Assembly: GCA_046726315.1 (NCBI GenBank) | Contig: JBKPAG010000017.1 | Span: 30,890 to 94,889, forward strand | Reading direction: 5' to 3' | Length of the DNA: 64,000 nt | Origin: Actinomycetota bacterium | GTDB taxonomy: Bacteria; Actinomycetota; Actinomycetes; Jiangellales; Jiangellaceae | Shown: one piece after another, positions 17,873 to 25,995 of the stretch | How the letters are laid out: each line of letters begins with the position of its first letter | Numbering within the stretch: position 1 is the first letter of the stretch | Made by a program: the position numbers and the translations under genes | Notes under the pieces: model-generated | Database searches by the model: none | What the model was told of the DNA's origin: nothing | What the model saw: only the letters and a program-made list of their open reading frames with translations

Positions 17873-18838
17873 ATGACCCTGGTCACCCTCGACGACGTCC
17901 GGAATGCGGCGACGCGGGTCCATGGCCGGGTGGTTCGGACGTTTCTACTGCCCTGTCCATGGGCCGACGATGCTCGTCCGCTCTGGCTCAAGCCGGAGAA
18001 CCTGCAGCCCACAGGCGCGTTCAAGGTGCGCGGTGCGTTCAACGCCCTGGGCGCCCTTCCGCTGGCGACGCGCAGCCGTGGCGTGATCACCCACTCGAGT
18101 GGGAACCACGGCCGGGCTCTCGCCTGGGCCGCGCAAACGTACGGCGTACCGGTGATCGTCGTGATGCCGGACACGTCGCCACCGGTCAAGGTCGCCGGCA
18201 TCCGAGCGCTCGGTGCCGAGATCGTCGTGGTTCCGGCACCCGAACGCGAGGCGCGGGCTGCCGCAATCGCCGCTGAACGCGGACTTGCGGTGATACCGCC
18301 CTTCGATCACGCCGACGTGATCGCCGGGCAGGGCACGGTCGGTCTCGAGATCGTCGAGGACCTGCCGGACGTCGGCACGGTGCTCGTGCCGGTGGGCGGC
18401 GGCGGGCTCATCTCTGGTGTATCCGTGGCAGTGAAAGCGATCAGTCCGCATACCCGGGTAGTCGGGGTGGAGCCCGAGCTTGCTGGCGACCTCGCGGACG
18501 GGTTTCGACGCGGTGAGCGGGTCGTCTGGGATCCGGCGTTGACCGCGCGCACCATTGCCGATGGCGTTCGGCTGCCGGTGGTCGGCGAGCTGCCCTGGCA
18601 GCACATCAGCCGGCTGGTCGACGATGTCGTCACCGTGCCGGAGCAGAGCATCGTCGACGCGATGGCCATGCTCGCAACGTCGAGCCGGCTGGTCGCCGAA
18701 CCGAGTGGTGCGTTGACGACAGCCGCGTACCTCGAGCGCCCTGAGGCCGCGACTGGGCGAACGGTCGCCGTGGTGTCCGGCGGTAACGTCGACCCTGCAC
18801 TCTTGGCGCGTGCGTTGACGCCGGACGAGGTCAGGTGA
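17873..18838 (+). CDS. PLP-dependent threonine/serine dehydratase family enzyme
   Basis: LKPENLQPTGAFKVRGAFNAL (PLP lysine), HSSGNHG, and VPVGGGGLISG. Start at ATG 17873 (MTLVTLDDVRNA). Confidence 0.8.
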   Translation: MTLVTLDDVRNAATRVHGRVVRTFLLPCPWADDARPLWLKPENLQPTGAFKVRGAFNALGALPLATRSRGVITHSSGNHGRALAWAAQTYGVPVIVVMPDTSPPVKVAGIRALGAEIVVVPAPEREARAAAIAAERGLAVIPPFDHADVIAGQGTVGLEIVEDLPDVGTVLVPVGGGGLISGVSVAVKAISPHTRVVGVEPELAGDLADGFRRGERVVWDPALTARTIADGVRLPVVGELPWQHISRLVDDVVTVPEQSIVDAMAMLATSSRLVAEPSGALTTAAYLERPEAATGRTVAVVSGGNVDPALLARALTPDEVR

Positions 18839-18911
18839 GCCAATCGGTTCCACAGCGCCCCTAATGCGCCTGATAACTCAGCGCAGCACCGCGGCGTAGG
18901 CTGGCCGGGTC

Positions 18912-19214
18912 ATGGCGTTCGCTCGTTACACGCTGTTGCGCGTGCTCCTCTTTCTCGCGGTGGCAGCGCTGCTGTGGATCGTCGGATTGCGCGGTCTCTG
19001 GCTGGTCCTGTTCGCGATTCTTGGTTCCGGCATCATCAGCATCTTTGCGCTGTCCCGAAGCCGGGATGCGGCCTCGGTTTCGTTGGCAAATAGGGTATCC
19101 AAGATCAAACGGCGTGTGGACGAACGCACAGCCGCTGAGGATGCCTGGGACGATCAGCAACGCGCGGGCGGCGCCCGGGCAGAAGGGGAACCCGCCGAAA
19201 CCGACGAGGCGTGA
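18912..19214 (+). CDS. DUF4229-like small membrane protein
   Basis: 100 aa. Two TM helices (YTLLRVLLFLAVAALLWIVGLRGLWLVLFAILGSGIISIFAL) followed by a charged tail. This type is commonly found beside menA in actinobacteria. Confidence 0.6.
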   Translation: MAFARYTLLRVLLFLAVAALLWIVGLRGLWLVLFAILGSGIISIFALSRSRDAASVSLANRVSKIKRRVDERTAAEDAWDDQQRAGGARAEGEPAETDEA

Positions 19215-19227
19215 TCCGTTACTAGGG

Positions 19228-20037
19228 TCAGGGCTTGCGGCCGATCCCGACGTAGTACCAGGCGCTCTCTGGATCCTCGCCCGCCATGGATTCGTCCGGA
19301 TGCCAGGCCAGGAGCGGGACGACACCGGGCTCCACGAGGTCGAGGCCGGTGAAGAACGCCTCCACCTCCTGGCGGCTGCGCGGGACCAAGGTGATGCCTG
19401 CGGCTGTGGCGGCATCGACGGCACCCTGGATGGCCTCCGGGTTGAAATCGCCGGTTGGATGACTGATGACCACGTAGCTGCCGGACGGCAGGGCGTCGAG
19501 CAACGTCTTGACCATGCCCTGCGGGTCGTCGGAGTCGTGGAAGAACATCAGGATCGCGACGAGTATCAAGCCGACCGGCTGGCTGAGGTCGAGCGTGCGG
19601 GGCAGCGCTGGGTCGGCGAGGATCTTTTCGGGTTCCCGCAGGTCAGCCATGATGAACTCGGTCTGGCCACTGGGTGAGCTGGTCATCAAGGCCCGTGCGT
19701 GGGCGAGCACCAGCGGGTCGTGGTCGACGTAGAGCACACGGGAGTCGGGCGCCACCTCCTGCGCAACCTCATGGGTGCTCCCAGCAGCAGGGATGCCCGG
19801 GCCGATGTCGAGGAACTGCCGGACTCCCGCCTCGGCAGCGAGATAGCGAACGGCACGGCCGAGAAATGCCCGGTTTGCCCGCGCCATGGTCTTTAGCGTC
19901 GGAATCGCCGCGACCATCGCGTCTCCGAGGGCCCGGTCCGCCGCAAAGTTGTCTTTGCCGCCGAGCCAGTAGTCATAGACCCGGGCGGAGTGCGGGACAG
20001 ACGTATCGATTTGCGTCAGCTGGGAATCGGAGGCCAT
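19228..20037 (-). CDS. SAM-dependent methyltransferase, DUF574 family
   Basis: PHSARVYDYWLGGKDNFAADR and FLDIGPGIP (SAM-binding glycine loop). Confidence 0.8.
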   Translation of the reverse strand: MASDSQLTQIDTSVPHSARVYDYWLGGKDNFAADRALGDAMVAAIPTLKTMARANRAFLGRAVRYLAAEAGVRQFLDIGPGIPAAGSTHEVAQEVAPDSRVLYVDHDPLVLAHARALMTSSPSGQTEFIMADLREPEKILADPALPRTLDLSQPVGLILVAILMFFHDSDDPQGMVKTLLDALPSGSYVVISHPTGDFNPEAIQGAVDAATAAGITLVPRSRQEVEAFFTGLDLVEPGVVPLLAWHPDESMAGEDPESAWYYVGIGRKP

Positions 20038-20159
20038 CAGAGCTTCCTTCGATGCAGGGGCGGGATCTCCACCTTAGTCGCGCCCCCGGCGCGGCGTTGC
20101 TGCGGATTCCGCCAAGGACGGGACGGGGTGGGAACGTTCGTGCGAGGGCGGCCCATTGG

Positions 20160-21053
20160 TCACACAGTCCGGGCGTCGAGTTCGCGAAGTATCAGGCCGA
20201 GCGTCTCGGCCGTCTCACCCGGGGGGTTGGCTTCGACCGCGAGTTGCTCCATGGCAACGACGTAGTGCTCGACGTCCTCCCGTTTGTCGAGATAGAGAGC
20301 GCTGGCGAGCTGCTCGACGTAGACGATGTCGGGCAGTTCCTGGTCCGGAAAGCGCAAGATGCTGAACGACCCGCCGGCCGCGGCGTGACCGCCGAAGTCG
20401 AACGGCATGACCTGAAGTTGCACATTGGGCATCTTCGTGGCGTCGATCAGCGCCGCGATCTGTGCGCGCATGACCTCGGCACCACCGACCAGCCGGCGCA
20501 ACGCGCCTTCGTCGATCACGGCCCACAGCTGGGGCGGGTCGGGGCGGGTGAGTTGTTTTTGCCGGGCCAAGCGCAGGCTAACCCGGCGCTCGAGTTCCGA
20601 CGGCTGTGCTTCGCCATGCCCGAGCAAGATCACTGCGCGCGCGTAGTCGGCGGTCTGCAGCAAGCCGGGGACGAACTGCAGCTCATAGGTGCGGATGATC
20701 GTCGCAGCCGACTCCAGGCCGACGTACGACTGGAACCAGCTGGGCAGGATGTCACTCTCCCGGTGCCACCACCCCGGCGTGTTGGCGTCGCGGGCCAGGG
20801 TCAGCAAGGCGGTGCGTTCTTCCTCGTCGGTGAGGCCGTAGAGGGTGAGCAGGTCCGCAACGTCGCGTTCCTTGAAGCTGACCCGGCCGAGCTCCATCCG
20901 GCTGATCTTGGACTCGGACGAGCGAATCTCATAGCCGGCAGCTTCGCGGGTGACGCCTTTGTCCTCACGCAGCTTTCGTAGGTGAGCGCCCAGCAAAATG
21001 CGCAGAACGGTCGGCCCTCCGGTCGACGCGCCCTCCGGCTGAGCCGTCGTCAC
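20160..21053 (-). CDS. XRE-family helix-turn-helix regulator with DUF5753-type C-domain (WhiJ-like)
   Basis: LGAHLRKLREDKGVTREAAGYEIRSSESKISRMELGRVSFKERDVADLLTLYG, followed by a ~200-aa C-domain. Confidence 0.85.
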   Translation of the reverse strand: MTTAQPEGASTGGPTVLRILLGAHLRKLREDKGVTREAAGYEIRSSESKISRMELGRVSFKERDVADLLTLYGLTDEEERTALLTLARDANTPGWWHRESDILPSWFQSYVGLESAATIIRTYELQFVPGLLQTADYARAVILLGHGEAQPSELERRVSLRLARQKQLTRPDPPQLWAVIDEGALRRLVGGAEVMRAQIAALIDATKMPNVQLQVMPFDFGGHAAAGGSFSILRFPDQELPDIVYVEQLASALYLDKREDVEHYVVAMEQLAVEANPPGETAETLGLILRELDARTV

Positions 21054-21152
21054 CCATCGCCCCCAGGTGTTCGCCTACCCGACCGGCGCCGCCCTCGCCT
21101 CCGACACTTCAGAACATCGTACGGCTGTGGGCAGCCAGAACGGAACCGAATC

Positions 21153-21177
21153 CCCCCGAATCAACCCGGGTCGGGGG
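21153..21177 (-). terminator. Weak stem-loop between the DUF397 and XRE genes
   Basis: CCCCCGA (21153..21159) pairs with TCGGGGG (21171..21177) around an 11-nt loop. There is no clear U-tract. Confidence 0.2.
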
Positions 21178-21205
21178 TGCGGCGCCGGCCGTGGCGATCT
21201 GCGGG

Positions 21206-21442
21206 CTAAGCGATCAGGTTGTCGAAATCGCCCTGCTGGGCGCCCAGGATGAACGCGACCATCTCGTCTCGGGTGTAGACGAGCGCGGGGCCGTGAGGGT
21301 CCCGAGAGTTCCGGACGGCGAAGCCGCCATGGGGCAGCGCCGCCATCTCGACGCAGTTACCGCTGGGGTTGCTCAGCAGGCTCTTCTGCCAGGTGACTGC
21401 CGTCAGCTGGCTTGCGGGCATGCCGTTGTACGGGTGGCTCAT
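21206..21442 (-). CDS. DUF397 domain protein
   Basis: ATG 21442: MSHPYNGMPASQLTAVTWQKSLLSNPSGNCVEMAALPHGGFAVRNSRDPHGPALVYTRDEMVAFILGAQQGDFD. This carries the W.KS..S...GNCVE...VRDS.DP signature. The track ORF to 21709 is an upstream extension. Confidence 0.8.
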   Translation of the reverse strand: MSHPYNGMPASQLTAVTWQKSLLSNPSGNCVEMAALPHGGFAVRNSRDPHGPALVYTRDEMVAFILGAQQGDFDNLIA

Positions 21443-21516
21443 CTCTTTCTCTTTCGTCTGGTAGGGGACGGAATGCTGGACCGACGATCGAGCCCTGCTC
21501 ACCGTGCGCACGTCAG

Positions 21517-21528
21517 GTGCACGTGCAC
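21517..21528. promoter_or_regulatory. Perfect 12-bp palindrome GTGCACGTGCAC, candidate operator upstream of the DUF397/XRE genes
   Basis: Read directly from the sequence, 75 bp upstream of the DUF397 start. Confidence 0.35.
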
Positions 21529-21571
21529 TAGCACTTGCGTTCGCACGGCAACAAGAGCACGATATCGCATA

Positions 21572-21581
21572 TGCACGTGCA
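21572..21581. promoter_or_regulatory. Perfect 10-bp palindrome TGCACGTGCA, second copy of the same core
   Basis: Its centre lies 54 bp from the centre of the first palindrome, about five helical turns. Confidence 0.35.
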
Positions 21582-21738
21582 AGTGGATAATGCGGGGGCA
21601 ACAAAATAGTGAGACTCCTCGACGGCACGACGAGTACTTCTCCGCGCCGTCGGGTGACCGGGTGGGCGTACCGCGCTGCAACGGTGTCGCACTGGTCCCC
21701 TGCCCGCACCGCGGTGCGTCCACCTGGATTTGTCTTCT

Positions 21739-21758
21739 CGCCGGCCCAGTGGCCGGCG
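21739..21758 (+). terminator. GC stem-loop followed by a T-rich run on the plus strand, with no plus-strand gene upstream
   Basis: CGCCGGCC-cagt-GGCCGGCG followed by TTTGTTGGTTGT. It lies just downstream of the menA stop, which is on the minus strand. Confidence 0.3.
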
Positions 21759-21774
21759 TTTGTTGGTTGTGGCC

Positions 21775-22656
21775 TCAGCCGTTACTGACGGAGAGACCGA
21801 GGGCGAGCAGAGCCGCGTAGCAGAGTTCTGTGGTTGCAGTGTCCCGAAGGACCGGTCCGAGCTCTGCCCCACCGGAACCCGTGATGACCGCGTCGGCAGC
21901 ACGGGCGGCGAGCGGAGCGGACAACATCGCCAGTGCGACCCACGGCCGCCCGGCGATGGCCAGGGCGATAGCCAGCGCATACGCGGTTGTGAGCAGTCCG
22001 GCGTAGAGAAGCCGGGTGCGTCCCGAGCCAAGGACGACGGCAAGCGTGCGTTTGCCGCTGCGGGCATCCCCGGCCACATCCCGCAGGTTGTTGACGACCA
22101 GGATCGCGCACGCCAGGCAGCCGATCGCGACTCCACAGACCACTGAGGCCGGAGTCACGCGACCGACTTGCACATAGGTGCTACCGATCACGGCCACCAG
22201 CCCGAAGAACACGAACACCGACACCTCGCCCAGCCCGCGGTACCCGTAGGGCCGGCTTCCGCCGGTATAGAACCAGGCGGCTGCGACCGCCAGGCCGCCC
22301 AGAACCAGCAGCCACCAGGCGCCGGTGAGGACCACCAGCGCGAGACCGGCCGCGCAGGCGATGGCGAAGCAGATGAACGCCGCGGTCCGAACGTTCGTCG
22401 GCGACGCCGTGCCCGATCCCACTAGGCGGAAAGGACCGATTCGCGCGTTGTCAGTACCACGGATCCCGTCTGAGTAGTCGTTCGCGTAGTTGACGCCCAC
22501 CTGCAGAGCCACGGCCACGACGAGCGCCAGTACTGCACGCGTGAGCACAACGGAACCGACGGCGGCTGCGGCACCGGTGCCGACGACGACTGGCGAGACC
22601 GCAGCCGGCAACGTGCGAGGACGCGCTCCCGCCACCCAATCGCGAAGAGCCGGCAT
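21775..22656 (-). CDS. menA: 1,4-dihydroxy-2-naphthoate polyprenyltransferase
   Basis: UbiA-family motif NYANDYSDGIRGTD and a polytopic profile. The start overlaps the menE stop (TGATG). Confidence 0.9.
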   Translation of the reverse strand: MPALRDWVAGARPRTLPAAVSPVVVGTGAAAAVGSVVLTRAVLALVVAVALQVGVNYANDYSDGIRGTDNARIGPFRLVGSGTASPTNVRTAAFICFAIACAAGLALVVLTGAWWLLVLGGLAVAAAWFYTGGSRPYGYRGLGEVSVFVFFGLVAVIGSTYVQVGRVTPASVVCGVAIGCLACAILVVNNLRDVAGDARSGKRTLAVVLGSGRTRLLYAGLLTTAYALAIALAIAGRPWVALAMLSAPLAARAADAVITGSGGAELGPVLRDTATTELCYAALLALGLSVSNG

Positions 22657-23873
22657 CAGACGGTGGTCGTTTCGAGCAGCCTGGCCACCAGTGTGCGGCG
22701 GTCGACCTTGCCGGTAGAAAGCGTGGGCAGCGACGGGACCAGCACCAGTGCCTTCGGCAAGTGTGCCTGCGGTGCGTGCCGAGCCATATGGGCTCGAACG
22801 CTTTCGAGGGTCGGCGGATCCCTCGGGTCTCGCGGGACGAGAACCGCGACCACGCGCTGACCCCAGAACGGATCCGGCAACGCGACGGCGGCGACAGCCG
22901 TCACACCGGGATGTGTGGCTATCAGCGAATCCACCGCCACCAGCGGAACGTTCACCCCGCCCGAGATGGCGACGTCGTCAACGCGGCCAGATACGGTGAG
23001 CCGCCCGTCCGGGTCGATCCGCCCGAGGTCGGAACTGGTGAACCACCCGTCGGCGAAGACCTGCGCGGTCAGGTGGGGCTGTAGCCGGTAGCCGTGGGCC
23101 AACATCGGACCCGCGATGCTGATCCGGCCGTCGCCGGACGTCACAACGTGCACTCCATCCAGCGGCATGCCGTCGTAGACGCAGCCGCCGCAGGTCTCGG
23201 TCATGCCGTACGTCGTGACGACTCGCACTCCGGCGCCCCGAGCCCGGTCGAGGAGTTCAGGCGTCGAGCTGGATCCGCCGAGCAGGACGGCATCGAACGC
23301 CGTCAGCGTTTCGAGTGCGGCTCCACCCGCGTCGAGAAGGACCGCCAGTTGGTACGGCACCAGTGCGGTGTAGCACCGGCGTGCCGCACTGCGGATGACG
23401 CGGCGGGCGGCGACCGCAAAGGGCGCCGGCCCGAATCCGCCGGCGAGGTCTACTGCATCGGGTTCGGTTTCGGCGACGACACTGCGAGCAAGCACCATGA
23501 GCCCACCGACATGTGTGGCAGGAAGTGTGAGCAGCCAGCGGCCGGGGCCGCCGAGGCGGGAATGTGTAGCGTCCGCTGACGCCGCGACTGCTGCCGCCCC
23601 GAGCAGCACGCCTTTGGGTTCCCCAGTCGTGCCCGACGTTGGTACCACGAACGCCACCCGGTCGTCGTCGACGGCTTCGACAGGCATGCCCGGTCGCAAT
23701 GCCGCGAGCAGCGCGTCGCGAACGGTCGCAGGCCGTTCGGGAACCGGCAGGATCGCGCGTCCACTACGGAGGGCGGCCTCAACTACCGGGAGGACCTGGC
23801 CGAGCACCAACGGCCCGAGCGGCACGTCGACGACGTCGAGCGATTGCGCCGCCGCGGACGTCGATGTGTCCAT
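22656..23873 (-). CDS. menE: o-Succinylbenzoate-CoA ligase
   Basis: Short AMP-binding enzyme (405 aa): VVPTSGTTGEPKGV, YGMTET, GKVDRR. The men-cluster context supports the call. Confidence 0.85.
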   Translation of the reverse strand: MDTSTSAAAQSLDVVDVPLGPLVLGQVLPVVEAALRSGRAILPVPERPATVRDALLAALRPGMPVEAVDDDRVAFVVPTSGTTGEPKGVLLGAAAVAASADATHSRLGGPGRWLLTLPATHVGGLMVLARSVVAETEPDAVDLAGGFGPAPFAVAARRVIRSAARRCYTALVPYQLAVLLDAGGAALETLTAFDAVLLGGSSSTPELLDRARGAGVRVVTTYGMTETCGGCVYDGMPLDGVHVVTSGDGRISIAGPMLAHGYRLQPHLTAQVFADGWFTSSDLGRIDPDGRLTVSGRVDDVAISGGVNVPLVAVDSLIATHPGVTAVAAVALPDPFWGQRVVAVLVPRDPRDPPTLESVRAHMARHAPQAHLPKALVLVPSLPTLSTGKVDRRTLVARLLETTTV

Positions 23874-23912
23874 GCCGCGGCTCAGGCTATGTCAGCGGAA
23901 CCACGAGAGGAA

Positions 23913-23939
23913 CGCAACGGGGCGCAGGTCGCAACGGGG
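23913..23939. repeat. Direct repeat CGCAACGGGG x2, 17 bp apart start to start, upstream of menE
   Basis: Copies at 23913..23922 and 23930..23939 in the ligase-menE intergenic region. Confidence 0.3.
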
Positions 23940-23997
23940 AGCCGCGTTCGAACGATCGAGATGTGCCAAGCACGCCGATGCACCAAGGCGCACGGAC

Positions 23998-25758
23998 TCA
24001 ACCGCCGGTTGGCGCCCGCCGTGCCGCGCTGTACAGGTCGACCAGTTCCTGGGTGGTGGTGGCGTCCTCGGCAGCTTTGTCGTCGCGCCAGCGCCCGGTG
24101 AAGCGCGGGAATCGCATCGCCAGCCCACTGTGCTCCTTGATTTGTCCCCACCCGGCGGTGTGGTTCGGCGACAGGGTCAGTTCGGCGCTGAGGACTTCCA
24201 GCACGAGCCCGGGCTCGAACCACACGTCAGCCGGTTGGCGCGCGTCGACCCGAGCGGGCCGCTGCGAGCGGGCTAGCGGCGCCAGCCGGTCGGGCAGCGC
24301 GGCCAGTTCGGCGTCGGAGAACCCGCTGCCGCACTTGCCCACGGTGCGGAACATGTCCGCGGCCGGGTCGTAGGCAGCCAGCAGTACCGCGCCGTAGACG
24401 CCGCGGCGGCGGCCACGCCCGGCCAGCGCGCCGACCACGACCAGGTCGACGGTGTCGGCCAGTTCGGTGCGGTAGTCCCGCTTGAGCTTGATCCACAACC
24501 ACCCGCGGGCGCCGGCCTGGTAACCGGCGGCTGGGCTCACGGACTTACACAGCAGCCCCTCGCAGCCGTCGGTAACAGCCTGCTCAAACGTAGCGTCCAA
24601 AGCGGTGGCGGTGCTGACGGTGGTGGCGGTGGTGAGCCGAAGCTGGGCCGATGGGGTGATCGCCTCGGCCAGCCTGCCCCGCCGCTGCGGATAAGACAAT
24701 CGGGTGAGGTCCTGGCCGTCCGCGTACAGCAGCTCGAAGCAGAACAGGCCCACCGGCACGTCCCGGACGGCCTCGGCGATGCCGTGCTTGCGTCGCCGGA
24801 ACATGACCTCCTGGAACGGGCGCAGCTCCCCGGCTGCCGAATCGAAGGCGACCACCTCCCCCTCGAGGATCGCCTCCTGCGGGCCGAGCCCCGCCTGGAG
24901 GAGCTCGACCACGTCCGGGAACTGGTTGCTGATGCGCTCCAGCCGGCGGGTGAACAGCTCGATTCGGCCGTCCGCGGTGCGGTGGGCCTGGACCCGGACG
25001 CCGTCGTATTTGTACTCGGCTGCGCACTGCCCGCCGAGTTTGGCCAGGATCTCCGCGGCGTCGGACATCCGCTGGGCGAGCATGGCGCGTACCGGGTGGC
25101 CGGGGCGAACCTGGATCTGCTCGACCGCTGCCAAGCCGCCGCTGGCAAGCGTTGAGGCGACCAGGCCGAGGTCGCAGCAGATGTTGTAGGCGCGTTCCAG
25201 CGCCGGCCGTGCGGCCCGGCCATCGGCGTGTACCAGCGCGAGCGCGTCCAGGATGCTGGGGGTTCCGACTCCCAGCCGCAGCCCGCCCGTGACCTGGCGT
25301 AGCAGGTATCGGACCTCCAGCGGGGTGGCCTGGGTGAGCAGGCCGGCCAGCAGGTCCAGCTTGCGGCCCTGCGAGCCCGGCCCTTCGGCCTGGGCGATCT
25401 GGTGGAGGGTGTCGACCACGACCGCGACCGGCAGACTGGCCGGCCGGCCGCTGGCCGTGGCGGCCAGCAGCTGCTCGGCGGTCTGGCCAAGGTCGCCGGT
25501 CTCCCGCAGGCTGGCGGTGACCTGCTCGGGCCCGACGCCGGTCGCGGTGGCGACCGCGCGGACCGCGAGCTTCTCGGCCAGGCCGAGATCCACGCCGGCG
25601 AACTCCGGCGCGATCAGACCTTGACACAAGTAACACACCGTGCCCAGCAGCTCGGCGGGGGTCTGGTCGAGCAGGGCGGCGAGCCGGTCGATCAGCACCA
25701 GCCGGCCGCTTGCCTGCTCCAAGTCGCGGAACGCCTCGGCGACGATCTCGTACTGCAC
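23998..25758 (-). CDS. lig: ATP-dependent DNA ligase (Lig1/archaeal-like, three-domain)
   Basis: Adenylation motif AEYKYDGVRVQAH, EGLLCKS, WLWIKLKRDY, and a C-terminal OB domain. GTG 25758 (VQYEIVAEAFRDLE) is preceded by GAGAGGAG. The track N-terminal extension is Arg/Pro-rich and looks non-coding. Confidence 0.85.
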   Translation of the reverse strand: MQYEIVAEAFRDLEQASGRLVLIDRLAALLDQTPAELLGTVCYLCQGLIAPEFAGVDLGLAEKLAVRAVATATGVGPEQVTASLRETGDLGQTAEQLLAATASGRPASLPVAVVVDTLHQIAQAEGPGSQGRKLDLLAGLLTQATPLEVRYLLRQVTGGLRLGVGTPSILDALALVHADGRAARPALERAYNICCDLGLVASTLASGGLAAVEQIQVRPGHPVRAMLAQRMSDAAEILAKLGGQCAAEYKYDGVRVQAHRTADGRIELFTRRLERISNQFPDVVELLQAGLGPQEAILEGEVVAFDSAAGELRPFQEVMFRRRKHGIAEAVRDVPVGLFCFELLYADGQDLTRLSYPQRRGRLAEAITPSAQLRLTTATTVSTATALDATFEQAVTDGCEGLLCKSVSPAAGYQAGARGWLWIKLKRDYRTELADTVDLVVVGALAGRGRRRGVYGAVLLAAYDPAADMFRTVGKCGSGFSDAELAALPDRLAPLARSQRPARVDARQPADVWFEPGLVLEVLSAELTLSPNHTAGWGQIKEHSGLAMRFPRFTGRWRDDKAAEDATTTQELVDLYSAARRAPTGG

Positions 25759-25995
25759 GACGCTCCTCTCGCCTCTCACCGCACCCGTGACCCGACGGAC
25801 GGTGCCGGCGGGTAGAGCAACGCTACGGCGGCGAACCCGCGGGGCACGTGGCGCCACGAGGCTGACACGCGCGGTTACGGTCGTTCTATCCGGCCGTGGC
25901 GTGTCCGGAGGCGGCGGTCTCATCGGGCCGGTCGGTCTCAGACCGTGGCACGCGGGCCACGACCAGCGCGATGAAGAAGCCAGTCAGGCTGCGGG

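Noticed and set aside
19228-21774. Possibility that the methyltransferase/XRE/DUF397 block is a mobile genomic island.
   Set aside because: No integrase, transposase, tRNA attachment site or flanking direct repeats are visible. Only the promoter spacer is compositionally different. It is kept as an accessory regulatory module, not as a mobile element.
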